NCBI GenBank assembly: GCA_014859905.1
Contig: JACZKT010000370.1
Location: 1-63,949 of the forward strand
Direction: 5' to 3'
DNA from: Rubrivivax sp.
GTDB lineage: Bacteria; Pseudomonadota; Gammaproteobacteria; Burkholderiales; Burkholderiaceae_C
Length of the DNA stretch: 63,949 nucleotides
Every line of letters starts with the position of its first letter. Positions within the stretch are counted from its first letter, which is position 1. The translations under genes and the position numbers were made by a program. The notes under the pieces were generated by a model. It saw only the letters and a list, made by a program, of their open reading frames with translations, ran no database searches and was not told the DNA's origin. Below are positions 48,760-58,547 of this stretch, piece by piece.

Positions 48760-49194
48760 TTACTCCACCGTTCCCATGCCGCCAGGTACGCCTGCCGCAA
48801 CGGGCTCGCACTTTCGGGATGCCGCGCGCGATTCGCAGTGCATCCAAACGCCATTGAGCTTGACCGTCCAGAATCGAGACCGCTTGCTCACACCGAGGCT
48901 GGAAGGAACGCAGCCTGTCTTCGAGAAGTAGATGCTCGTGCAGTCCATCAACTGGTCTGGCCCTTCGATCATGTAGACCTCCGCTCCAGGGCGAGGCGGC
49001 GCCAACTTGAAGCCGGACTTGAGATAGCGCTGGGTCTCCGCCGTAAGCGGCGGGACCTCAGCTACCCGCTTGCCGTTGACTATCCGAACGGCCTCGTTGC
49101 CAGGGAACCCGGGATCTGTGGGCTCGGCTTGAGTCGTCACGCAGACGAGCGCGAACAGCACGCCGATTGCGGCTGTGGTGGGTTGAAGTTTCAT
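48760..49194 (-). CDS. Secreted hypothetical protein embedded in the T4SS operon
   Basis: Signal peptide and four Cys in the mature part; ATGA-coupled to virB4. Confidence 0.65.
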   Translation of the reverse strand: MKLQPTTAAIGVLFALVCVTTQAEPTDPGFPGNEAVRIVNGKRVAEVPPLTAETQRYLKSGFKLAPPRPGAEVYMIEGPDQLMDCTSIYFSKTGCVPSSLGVSKRSRFWTVKLNGVWMHCESRAASRKCEPVAAGVPGGMGTVE

Positions 49195-51653
49195 GCTGCC
49201 CTCCGGGCATGGCTGCGCCGATCGCGCACGCGCTGATAGAACAAAGGGAGCCAGGTTGTCGGTGCGTCACCGAACTCAGCACGAATCTGGTCGAGGAGTT
49301 CGACGTTGTCCGTGGTCGAGCTGAGGACGGCCAGGAAGTCGTTCATGCCCCCGAGATCGAACTCGCACTGGACGGAGTCCGTGCCCTGCTTGCACAGGAA
49401 ACGCCTCGATCCCGTGGCGCCAAGCGACTTGACGATGGCGAATTCGGCATCGGTCAAACCCAGGCCGCCCACGTACTCGTCGCGGTCGGCGTCCGCGTTG
49501 GGCAACACGAGCTTGGTCACCGACTGCTCGATCATCGTGCGACCGTTCTCGTTCGAGAGCAGGTCGGCGACCTCCTGCGTGTCGAACAGCCCCAGGCCGT
49601 TCATCTTGCGGATGGTCTTCTGCTTGTGCTTCACGAACGGGGCAAAGGCCGGGTCGCCTAGCGCTCTCCAACATTCGGCGACGTGATAGATCATCGGCTC
49701 GCCGTTGACCAGCTCGTCCATGACGTTGAGCAGGTACATCATGATCGGCGTGCGAACGTCGGGGCTGCTGAGCACGCCCGTGTAGTCGAAGCCGATGGCC
49801 ATGTGGCTGCGCAGATCGCCCAGGCGGTCGTCGGCCATGTCGAACACCCAACCCAGCTCACCACCGCGGCACCACTTGCCCAGGCGGTCATACAGGCTGT
49901 TGGCGCCGGAGCGCGGCAGCGACTGGCGAACAGTGCTGAACCACCGAAGTTCCGGCTTGAGCGCCGCGACCGTCGCGACTGCGCGCGCGATGGCCTCGTG
50001 GTCGTTGGGCAGCAGGGGCATCTCGGGTGACGCGGTGCACTGCTTGACCAGCTCGGTCCAGAATCCGATGCGCTCGGGTGTCACGTCGCGCTGGAACGGG
50101 TTGCAACCCGTGGGTTGGTTGCGGTCGAAGGTGTAGAAGACGCCGCCCAGCGCTCGGATCACGATCTCGGTGTCCCGGTCCAGGCTGAAGCTCACCACGC
50201 GGGGCCTCACTGCCCACTTCGGAGTCAGGGCCAGCAGGCCGGTCAGCAGCGTGGTCTTGCCCGAACCCGTCGAGCCGATCACGATGGTGTTGCCCGGTAG
50301 CTTCTTGCCCTCGCTGTCTTCGCCCTCGGGGCTGGCGTGCAGGTTGAGATAGAACGGATTGCCGGCGGGCGTGCGCATCAACGCCAGGGCTTCACCCCAG
50401 GGGTTGCCGTCGCGCTTGCCGCGCAGGAAGTTGTGGCCGCAGGTCAGCGCCGCGAAGGCTCGGCTGCTGATCGTGGCCTTGCGTGGACGCCACTGGAAGT
50501 TGCCAGGCTGCTGCGAGAACCAGGCGGCATCGGCCACCAGGTCCACAGGCACCAGCTCCATGGCGGTGGTCTCCGTCAACGCGCCCACGGCACTTGCAGA
50601 GCGCTTGCCGCACTCGTCCAGGGTGTCGCCGAACACCGCCAGTGTGTAGCTGTACTCGCCCATGACGAACTGGCCGTCGCCCAGCTGGTCGAGCGCCACA
50701 TCCATCGCTTCGATCTGCGTCACCACCGCGTCGTCCGACGCGAGCAGCTGGTCGCGCTGCGTGGTCAGTGCCGCCATCGCCTGACGGCGCGGCAGGCTGG
50801 AGAAGCTCTGGGTCTCGATGAACTCCGAGTCCTCGTAAAGAAGCGCGCCGAGCGTTCCCGGTTCGACCTGGCCGGCGAATTCCTTGATGGACAGCATCGA
50901 GGCGTAGCGCCGGCGTTCGCCTTGCCTGATCTCCAGCATCCCGCCGCCGAAGGTCAGGCGGGCGTCCGGCAAGGCCTGGTAGGCGGGTCCGGTCGGAAAG
51001 CGGACCTTGCGCCACACACCGTTGATGAGGAAGGAGAACAGCTCACCGGACTCCCAGAACAACTGCCCGTCCTGTTCGTAGCAACCGAGCAGGGTCGGGC
51101 CGAACTCGCGCAGGCTGCGCTCGATGAGCGCACCCTGCTGTTCCATCGTGGCCAGCGTCTGGGCCTGGTGGTCCGCGAGGCTTTGCTTGGTCTTCGCGCT
51201 GCGCGCGCTTCGCTTGGCCAGCTCCGACGGAAACGGGCGGTACAGCAGCGTGATATACAGCTCGTTGGACATCATCGTGGCGGCGCTGATGCGGTCCTGG
51301 TACGCCCTGGAGAACGCTGCGCTGAAGTCCGGCTCGCTCGCATCGGTCAGCCGGTCATGGATGCGCCGATGGATGCGGTGGTGGTACACGGCCGTGCGCC
51401 CTGCGGGCAGGTTGCGCAGCACGTTGCACCAGGCGTCGTGCCGGTCCTTGATGAGGTTGAACTCGGCACTCTCGAAGGCCACGCCGTCGATGCGCCACAC
51501 CCGCAGGCAGTCGCCCGACCGCGTCGCGGTGTCGTGCTGCGTCAGCGGCGCGCCGATCGAGACGAACTCTCCGACGTTCGATTCCTTGCCCGCACGCTCC
51601 CAGTATCGAGGTCCCCGCGGGGGGGCCCAGGCGGAACTAGCGGCGCCAAACAT
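49191..51653 (-). CDS. virB4: VirB4 ATPase
   Basis: QQPGN, GNPWG, GSTGSGKT, KTIRK, LPN. Confidence 0.95.
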   Translation of the reverse strand: MFGAASSAWAPPRGPRYWERAGKESNVGEFVSIGAPLTQHDTATRSGDCLRVWRIDGVAFESAEFNLIKDRHDAWCNVLRNLPAGRTAVYHHRIHRRIHDRLTDASEPDFSAAFSRAYQDRISAATMMSNELYITLLYRPFPSELAKRSARSAKTKQSLADHQAQTLATMEQQGALIERSLREFGPTLLGCYEQDGQLFWESGELFSFLINGVWRKVRFPTGPAYQALPDARLTFGGGMLEIRQGERRRYASMLSIKEFAGQVEPGTLGALLYEDSEFIETQSFSSLPRRQAMAALTTQRDQLLASDDAVVTQIEAMDVALDQLGDGQFVMGEYSYTLAVFGDTLDECGKRSASAVGALTETTAMELVPVDLVADAAWFSQQPGNFQWRPRKATISSRAFAALTCGHNFLRGKRDGNPWGEALALMRTPAGNPFYLNLHASPEGEDSEGKKLPGNTIVIGSTGSGKTTLLTGLLALTPKWAVRPRVVSFSLDRDTEIVIRALGGVFYTFDRNQPTGCNPFQRDVTPERIGFWTELVKQCTASPEMPLLPNDHEAIARAVATVAALKPELRWFSTVRQSLPRSGANSLYDRLGKWCRGGELGWVFDMADDRLGDLRSHMAIGFDYTGVLSSPDVRTPIMMYLLNVMDELVNGEPMIYHVAECWRALGDPAFAPFVKHKQKTIRKMNGLGLFDTQEVADLLSNENGRTMIEQSVTKLVLPNADADRDEYVGGLGLTDAEFAIVKSLGATGSRRFLCKQGTDSVQCEFDLGGMNDFLAVLSSTTDNVELLDQIRAEFGDAPTTWLPLFYQRVRDRRSHARRAA

Positions 51654-51969
51654 TGCGGCCCCCTCGGTAGCCCACGGGCGCGTAGCTGCGCGCCCCGTTG
51701 CGCAGCACCCGGTTCGGGTTGCGCACTGCCAGCTTGAGTTTGAGGACCATCTGCGTCAGGCGCTGGTCGTCGCGGCTCGTGACGATGCGCATCCAGAAAT
51801 ACGCGACCGCGAGCGAGCCGAAGATGACCGGCGCGAAGCGCCAGTTCACCATCGTGGACAGCCACATGCCACCGATGAACCCCGGCAGCAGCAGGACCAC
51901 CAAGGGGACCAGCGGCACCCCGAATTTCATCGGGGGGCGTGTGGCCCCTTTGAACACGGTTTCGATCAC
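51637..51969 (-). CDS. virB3: VirB3
   Basis: FKGATRPPMKFGVP, two TM segments, DD. Confidence 0.9.
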   Translation of the reverse strand: MIETVFKGATRPPMKFGVPLVPLVVLLLPGFIGGMWLSTMVNWRFAPVIFGSLAVAYFWMRIVTSRDDQRLTQMVLKLKLAVRNPNRVLRNGARSYAPVGYRGGRNVWRR

Positions 51970-51972
51970 GGC

Positions 51973-52287
51973 TCAGGCCATGAAGACTGCGGCGATCGCG
52001 GCGGCTGCGCCGGCGATGGCGCCACCGAACAGCAGGTTGGACACGTCACGGAAGCTGGCGCCGGCAAACATGATCTTGTAGCCGGCCATGCCGACACCCA
52101 CCGTCATCAGCAGCAGCGTGATGGCGACGACGGTGTCGCGCGCGATCGTCGCGCCGCGCACGACGGGTTCGAGGGCCTGGGCCATCGCGGGGCTGGTGAC
52201 CGCCAGGGCAGCGCCGAAGACCATCAGTGCGATGGCGGCGCGGGGGCCGGTGTGGCGGATCGACGATTGGTAGCGGGTGAGGTTCAT
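51973..52287 (-). CDS. virB2: VirB2 major pilin
   Basis: Long signal ending PAMA-Q, then two hydrophobic helices. Confidence 0.85.
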   Translation of the reverse strand: MNLTRYQSSIRHTGPRAAIALMVFGAALAVTSPAMAQALEPVVRGATIARDTVVAITLLLMTVGVGMAGYKIMFAGASFRDVSNLLFGGAIAGAAAAIAAVFMA

Positions 52288-52859
52288 TGCAAGGCTCCTG
52301 GGTTGGTAGAGGCGAACGTGGCGGGCTTGGACGTGGATACGGACAGCCTGTCCTGAGAAAGAACGAGTCCGGCGATGGCACCTGATGGGGCGTTCCCCGC
52401 CGGCGCCGCCTTGGACGACCACGCTGTGAGGACCTTGCCCACGTAGCCGTGTTGGTGACCGGTCAAGAAGTTGCCGGAGTAGTAGCAGCTGAAGGCGTCG
52501 CGCAAGGCCGTCTGCTTTGGCGCGCGCCGGCTGGCGCGAGAGAAGCACTCGCCCAAGATGCCCTGCATGGCGGTGAGATTCGCGCAGGGCTCAAATGCGG
52601 TCGCCGGGGTGAGGCCGTAACGCTGGAAGTTGCGCTTGTTGATCTGGCCGAGGCCAACGCTGTAGTTCCACCCCGCCGCGTCCAGCGCGGCGACTGTGGC
52701 CACCGCCTCGGGGAGGTTGGCCGGCTGGCGCACGAGTGCGCCGCCGACGACGCCGATTGCGAAACGGTTGCCGCCGCTTTCGACCTGGATCAGGGCGCGT
52801 GCCGTGTCTTGCGCCACCAGCGGCGCGCAGGTCAGCACGAGGGCGGCCAGGTCGATCAC
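52284..52859 (-). CDS. virB1: VirB1 lytic transglycosylase
   Basis: CAP...VESGGN, SVGLGQIN, FEPCANL, SCYYSG. Confidence 0.9.
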   Translation of the reverse strand: MIDLAALVLTCAPLVAQDTARALIQVESGGNRFAIGVVGGALVRQPANLPEAVATVAALDAAGWNYSVGLGQINKRNFQRYGLTPATAFEPCANLTAMQGILGECFSRASRRAPKQTALRDAFSCYYSGNFLTGHQHGYVGKVLTAWSSKAAPAGNAPSGAIAGLVLSQDRLSVSTSKPATFASTNPGALQ

Positions 52860-53425
52860 CCGCCGCCTCCTTGTGCGGCCGCTGCCGCAGCAGCAGCCTC
52901 GGCGGCGAGGCGGACTTGCTCGCTGATGACCCACGCCGCGTGGTCGCGGTCAAACCGCGCGTCCATCGCATCCGGCGAGCTGGCGAACGCCGCCTTCGCG
53001 GCCGGCAGCCACTCGACAACCGAGTCACCTGATGGCGACCACCAGGTCCGAGACCAGGGCCGTCCCTCGACGGCGACATGGATGACGCCGCTGAAGGGGC
53101 AGCTGTAGATGATCCGGCCGCTCTCGTCGGTCCCAGAGTTGGTTATGTACTGTTCCGGGCATTGCTCGGGCGCCACGTACTGGTTGCCGCTGGCACTGTT
53201 GCCACCCATGCTGCAGGTGGGCCAGCCGCGACCGCGCGCCACGTCGCGCAGGGCCTGGCGCACGGTGGGCGTGCACTGGCTGATGTTCTGCCAGTTGCCG
53301 GCCATGCAGAGCAAAAGCTTGCAGCCGTCGACAGCGTGCGCCGGGCCGCTGAGCCCCAGGCCGAGGCTGGAAACGGCAGCAAGTTGCACGAGAGACCGGA
53401 TTGCGGTGCTGAAATGTGCTTTCAT
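52856..53425 (-). CDS. Secreted Cys-rich protein, TrbM/KikA-like, first gene of the T4SS operon
   Basis: Signal peptide AHA, GCKLLLCMA...QC...WPTC. Confidence 0.6.
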   Translation of the reverse strand: MKAHFSTAIRSLVQLAAVSSLGLGLSGPAHAVDGCKLLLCMAGNWQNISQCTPTVRQALRDVARGRGWPTCSMGGNSASGNQYVAPEQCPEQYITNSGTDESGRIIYSCPFSGVIHVAVEGRPWSRTWWSPSGDSVVEWLPAAKAAFASSPDAMDARFDRDHAAWVISEQVRLAAEAAAAAAAAQGGGG

Positions 53426-53593
53426 TGCCCACCTTTCGCTGGTGTGAAGACCTGACGCCATACAGTAGCGGGAAACGACAATGTAGCAGAGTAAAACGTG
53501 CATTCCACGCAACGATACTCTGTTACAACATATAGACGAACTCATGAAGACAAAAAGTTGCGTGATGAGCAATGAATCGCCGCGAGGTGTGCG

Positions 53594-54454
53594 GTGAACA
53601 CTCGTTCTGCCATCCCGCCGCCCGCGCCGGAGCCAACAAAGGGCGAGGGCCAGGGCTCGCTTGCGGCCACCTGCATCCGGGCGCTGCTCGACAGGGCGGG
53701 GCTGCCAAGGCACAGGCACTCGGCGCACATCGGCGGACTGCTCAATCTGTCGTACCACCAGGCGCACCGCCGCATGACGGGGAGTGCCCCGTGGTCGCTG
53801 GAGGAGCTTCAGACGGTCGCCACGCACCACGGCGAGACCCTGGTGGACCTGTTCGGGGAACAGAAGTCAGCGGACTACGAAACCGCCGTGCTCATCGCCG
53901 GGCCGCTGCGCGTCACCTGCCGCCTCTGGCCAGGGCAGCCACTGGCGCAACACCGACCCGGCGACCTCATCGCAATCAAGGGTGGTTCGGAATGGGTGGT
54001 GATGGTGGCCGGCGACACACCGACGCCGCAGGCCTGCACCGTCCGGCGGCTCATCATCGAGCCGAAGCCGGACCGGCCGCGCCGCTTTGCGATCCTCGAC
54101 GACGACATCGATGTCGCCCGAGGCCTTGCGGCCGGCTTGGTCGAACTGGGCTTTGAGGCAACTGCCTTCGCGACTGAGGCCCAGCTCGAAGCGGCCCTGC
54201 AGTTCGACAGTTTCGACGCCTACGTGATCGACTGGGTACTGCCGAACGGCACGGCCGAGGCGCTTGTCGCCAAGCTGAGAAGCCAGAGCGCCACCTGCCC
54301 GATTGCACTGCTCACCGGCAAGGCGGGCAGCAAGGAAGTCGACGAGAAGGACCTGGTGGCAGCCATCGAACAACACGGACTGCTGTTCCTGCAGAAGCCG
54401 GTGACGGCCTCCATCGCAGCGAGCCAGTTCAGCGCGGCGTTCGCGAACCGGTAG
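53594..54454 (+). CDS. BetR-type HTH regulator with C-terminal receiver domain
   Basis: LNLSYHQAHRRMTGSAPWSLEEL (BetR HTH); REC motifs LDDD, IDW, LTG, KP. Confidence 0.78.
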   Translation: MNTRSAIPPPAPEPTKGEGQGSLAATCIRALLDRAGLPRHRHSAHIGGLLNLSYHQAHRRMTGSAPWSLEELQTVATHHGETLVDLFGEQKSADYETAVLIAGPLRVTCRLWPGQPLAQHRPGDLIAIKGGSEWVVMVAGDTPTPQACTVRRLIIEPKPDRPRRFAILDDDIDVARGLAAGLVELGFEATAFATEAQLEAALQFDSFDAYVIDWVLPNGTAEALVAKLRSQSATCPIALLTGKAGSKEVDEKDLVAAIEQHGLLFLQKPVTASIAASQFSAAFANR

Positions 54455-54461
54455 AGCGCCC

Positions 54462-56098
54462 GTACATATTCACCCCCTCCCCGTCGCTGCGGAGCGTCGT
54501 ATCTGGTCGCAGATGAGGCAGCACGCGAGGTTGCGCTTGTAAGTTATTGATTTCGATTGGATACTGGGCGAATGCACAGTGATGAGCATGCATCCAGCCA
54601 GTCGATCCCAGATGCGGTGGCGATGCCGGCGACGGTGGCTCAGTGCCACGAGGTGATCCAAGCACAGGCGCGGCAAATTGAAGTGTTGCTGCAGCGGGTG
54701 GCCCGTCACGAAGAACAGATGGCGGTGCTGCAAGAGCGGCTGAAGCTGGATTCACACAACTCATCGAAGCCGCCGTCATCGGATGGCCCCGGCCGGCCCA
54801 ACCGCGCACAACGCCGGGCCAGCGAGCGCAAGCGCGGCGCCCAGAAGGGCCACCCCGGTTCGTATCGGGCCTTGCTGCCCGAGGCCGAGGTCAACGGCGT
54901 GCATGACTGCCGGCCCGCGCCGCGTTGCGAGTGCGGCGCCGAGGTGGCGGTGCAAGGCAAGCCGCTCCGACACCAGGTGTTCGACATTCCACCGGCCAGG
55001 GTCGACGTCCAGGAGTACCGGCTTTACAGCGGCGTGTGTCGCGGCTGCGGCAAGCCGCAGCGCGCGGTGCTGCCGTCTGGTGTGCCCACGGGCCAGATCG
55101 GCCCACGCGCCTTGGCGCTCATCGGCGTGCTGGGCACGCGATATCACCTCACGCAGTTCAAGATCCGTGACTTGCTGGCGCAGATGACGGGCCTGGACTT
55201 CAGCGTGGGCGCCATCTCGCAGGCCCATGGCAAGGTGGCCGTGGCGATGAAGGCGCCGGTGGCCGAGGTGGCTGCCACGCTGGCCACCGCGCCGGTGGTG
55301 CACATGGACGAGACGAGCTACCCGCGCGAGGGCTCGGCCAACTGGGTCTGGGCGGCCATCCAGCCCAAGCTGGCGGTCTTCAGCGTCCTGCCTTCGCGGG
55401 CGCGCTATGTGATTCACGACCTCATCGGCCAGGCGCCGCAGGGCGTGGTGGTGTCCGACCGTTACGCCGGCTACGCCTACATCGACTGCGGCCAGCGTCA
55501 GGTGTGTTGGGCACATCTGCTGCGCGACTTCACCCGCATTGCCCAGCGTGCGGGCGTGGCCGGACGCATCGGCAGGCGGCTTCTCGGTCTGGGCTATGTG
55601 ATGTTCCGTTGGCGCGGCAAAGGCAAGACAAGCACCGAAGACTTCGAGCCGATCATGCGCCGCTTGCGCCAGGCTCTGGAGCGCGGGACACAGCAGCCGC
55701 AGTGCCCGCGCACGGCCAATACTTGCGACAACTTGCTCAAGGTGTGGGCCGCGTTGTGGGGCTTCGTCACCCATGCCGGAGTCGAGCCCACCAACAATGC
55801 TGCCGAACGGGCGCTGCGGGGCATCGTGCTCAAGCGCAAGATCTCCGGGCCCACGCGCTCGCGCCGGGGCGACGAGTTCATCGCACGCGGCTTCAGCGTG
55901 CATGAGACGTGCCGCCGCCAGGGCCTGGACATGTGGGGCTACCTGCAGCGCGCGGTCGTGGCCTGGATCGACAAGGTGCCGCATCCCAGCTTGGTGCCGG
56001 CAGCGGTTCCAACCGGGTAACCCGAGCCGCCTGCTGAAGTCAGGTTTGCCGGTCATCACACTGGGGACCTTCCTGATGGGGAGGGGCTGAATACGTAC
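54462..56098 (+). mobile_element. IS66-family (single-ORF, ISBst12-like) insertion sequence
   Basis: Terminal IRs GTACATATTCACCCCCTCCCC / GGGGAGGGGCTGAATACGTAC (2 mismatches in 21); flanking 9-bp direct repeat AGAGCGCCC at 54453-54461 and 56099-56107. Confidence 0.92.
54572..56020 (+). CDS. tnpC: IS66 DDE transposase
   Basis: NSSKPPSSD, Zn finger, HMDET, VSDRY, CWAHLLR, TNNAAERALR. Confidence 0.93.
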   Translation: MHSDEHASSQSIPDAVAMPATVAQCHEVIQAQARQIEVLLQRVARHEEQMAVLQERLKLDSHNSSKPPSSDGPGRPNRAQRRASERKRGAQKGHPGSYRALLPEAEVNGVHDCRPAPRCECGAEVAVQGKPLRHQVFDIPPARVDVQEYRLYSGVCRGCGKPQRAVLPSGVPTGQIGPRALALIGVLGTRYHLTQFKIRDLLAQMTGLDFSVGAISQAHGKVAVAMKAPVAEVAATLATAPVVHMDETSYPREGSANWVWAAIQPKLAVFSVLPSRARYVIHDLIGQAPQGVVVSDRYAGYAYIDCGQRQVCWAHLLRDFTRIAQRAGVAGRIGRRLLGLGYVMFRWRGKGKTSTEDFEPIMRRLRQALERGTQQPQCPRTANTCDNLLKVWAALWGFVTHAGVEPTNNAAERALRGIVLKRKISGPTRSRRGDEFIARGFSVHETCRRQGLDMWGYLQRAVVAWIDKVPHPSLVPAAVPTG

Positions 56099-56492
56099 AG
56101 AGCGCCCCTAGCTCGTTGCTGGCGGCGCCCGGACCGTCAGCCCGTTCCCGGCCCGCACGCCCATCCAGTGCGGTCCGATCGGCGGCCGCTATGCAGCGAT
56201 TGCTGACGCTGGCCGCCGGCGGGCCTATTCACGCTGACTGGCGCCAAGCAGACGCTGGGCCTGGCGACCGCGGCCGGCGCGAATGTCATCTGTAGGAGGT
56301 AGTGCGGCCGTAGGGCTCGCGCGAGGCGGTCCGCGCCACGCCGGTGACTGCTTCCCTCCGGCTCGAACTCACAGTACCGACACCAAGCGGTCATCCAGCA
56401 TCCCAATCTCCGTGGCCCAAAGCGGACTTCGGCCAGCCACCGAAACCGAGCAGGACGGACGAGTGCGCACGGGCACCGTGTTGTCTTCGGTT

Positions 56493-58217
56493 TTACGGTC
56501 CTGCTGGCGGCCAGATGGCATCCTTGATTGCCGCCAGCTGTGGCGATTTCAGATGCGGCGAGACTTCGAGCACCTTTGGATTCTTGCCCAATTCCTTTTG
56601 CAGCAACCCCTTCAGAACCCCGAGGACGATCTTTCCCCTACGCCACTTAGCCGGGTCTGCATCGAAGTCATTGGTTGCCTGAATTGAGATGGCGCCAGCA
56701 TTTGGCTGCGGCCCCCCGTTTCGATTGCGATTCGCAAATTCAAGTCGGATGTTGATCATTTTTTCGATCGACTTGTCCCTCGTGGACGCCGTAGCTTCAT
56801 CGATCAACTCCTGCGCTCGGGCGGCGGTCAACGTCGGATTTACTTGGCTGAGGTGCGCGGCACTCAGGAAGTAGCCCTCCGCGTCACTGAGCGCGGTGAG
56901 GAAAGGATAGGCCCCCATCTGATTGATCTGTTGCTCAAACACTTGTGCTGCACCATCGTCCATGTAGTCACGATCGCGGTGCAGTACAAAGCGAATGTGT
57001 GGAGCTTTGTCATTCAGAAAGCCCCCCAACACCTTGGCAGAGTCGATCTTCGTACAACCCGAGTACGAACGAATCTCAGTGTCCTCCTCAATGAACTCGT
57101 TGCTCCATAGCAGAACCTTGATTGCTTCAATCGATTCTGTGCTGCTGTCTTCCGTCGCTAGGAGACACCGAATCTCACCATCTGCAAAGTAGTCGATTGA
57201 GTCAAGGGCCCCCAGTTCGAGCAATTGCGATGCGGTCGTCAAGCTGTCGTACGGAACCTTCTGCCCTTTGTTGATCCACACCACGGAGCTTAGATTTCGC
57301 ATGGCATCAAGGACGTGGCGCGAATGCGTGCTGATTAGTGCCCGGAAGGCACGCTTTGAAGAGAGGTCAACTACCAGGTTGCAGAGCACACGTTGATTGT
57401 TCGCATGCAGATGCGAGTCGGGCTCATCAAGTATCAGGACTGTTGGTTGGAACAAGCTGATGTAGGCAAGGATCTGACTCGCCTGAAGAATCGATGTGCC
57501 GGCCGCATCGATCGGCAGTCGCGGCCCGCCAGGAATCTGGAAAAAGACCTCAATTGTCTCGTCCCGCTTCTCATCGAATTGGATATCAATCGCGATGCCC
57601 TTGAAGAGAGAGCGCATATCCTCCAAGAACGAATCCCAGGCCTTCTTTTCAAGAGAAAGCATGCGAATGACATTGCGCAACACGAGGTTGGCGTCGCCTC
57701 TGGCGACAATTCGCCTCACGACGCCCGGTGACATATAGCGCTCGTCCTTGGGGATTCCGGCAAGGCCAGGGGCATAGACGGTGAACGGCTTCTCCATGTT
57801 CATCAACCGCTCACCAAGTTTTCGACCAACGATGGAGACTTGGATGTTTCGGTTTCGGCCACGTCGCACGGTCACCTTGCACTGTTCGCCATCCGAAGTC
57901 GAAATTTCAACCTCGATTTGAGACCCAGGTGGCTCTTGAAGCGTTCCGCCACTCGCGAGCGAGAGCACGTCGGCGATGGGCGAGTAGATGAGCTGCGCGG
58001 GGTTAAAGGAAAGCTGAAACTTGTCCTTGGACCAGTTGACGCCTTCGCCTACGAGCTTAGCGGTCTGAGCCACGGATACGGCGAAATGGAGCGCCTGCAG
58101 AACGCTGCTCTTGCCCGAGTTGTTGGCGCCGATGAGCACTACTGTCTCTTTCAAGTCGAGTTCAAATTCTTGCAGTTGTTTGAACCTGCGGAGGACCAGC
58201 TTCTCGATCTGCGACAT
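56493..58217 (-). CDS. ABC-type (AAA_15/AAA_21) ATPase with C-terminal TOPRIM-like domain, OLD-like
   Basis: GANNSGKS, AAGTS signature, LILDEPDSHLH, STHS; C-terminal ATED, HRDRD, DAEGY. Confidence 0.82.
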   Translation of the reverse strand: MSQIEKLVLRRFKQLQEFELDLKETVVLIGANNSGKSSVLQALHFAVSVAQTAKLVGEGVNWSKDKFQLSFNPAQLIYSPIADVLSLASGGTLQEPPGSQIEVEISTSDGEQCKVTVRRGRNRNIQVSIVGRKLGERLMNMEKPFTVYAPGLAGIPKDERYMSPGVVRRIVARGDANLVLRNVIRMLSLEKKAWDSFLEDMRSLFKGIAIDIQFDEKRDETIEVFFQIPGGPRLPIDAAGTSILQASQILAYISLFQPTVLILDEPDSHLHANNQRVLCNLVVDLSSKRAFRALISTHSRHVLDAMRNLSSVVWINKGQKVPYDSLTTASQLLELGALDSIDYFADGEIRCLLATEDSSTESIEAIKVLLWSNEFIEEDTEIRSYSGCTKIDSAKVLGGFLNDKAPHIRFVLHRDRDYMDDGAAQVFEQQINQMGAYPFLTALSDAEGYFLSAAHLSQVNPTLTAARAQELIDEATASTRDKSIEKMINIRLEFANRNRNGGPQPNAGAISIQATNDFDADPAKWRRGKIVLGVLKGLLQKELGKNPKVLEVSPHLKSPQLAAIKDAIWPPAGP

Positions 58218-58547
58218 TTCGATCCTCCGGTCTCACATAAGAACGTACGTCACGATACACGGAAGGGAGCGCAGAGGTCGCGCGCGGGACGTGACAGCCA
58301 ATAGCTGACACAGGTGTGTGGCGGCTCATAGCCGGTACCGGGTTTTCCCTCGGGTCGCAATTAGCTGACCTTGGCCGCCCAGGCCAGCACTTCAAGTGTC
58401 AGTTCTCTGGCGTGGCCTCGAACTCACAGTCACGGCCACTTGCCGAAGTGACGCGCGAGTGTGAAGATTGCCCGAAAGCGGCCGTCCTTCCTTGTCGGCC
58501 GTTTTAGCGCAGTTGATGACCGAGCATCAGATTTGGCGAGTAGACGT

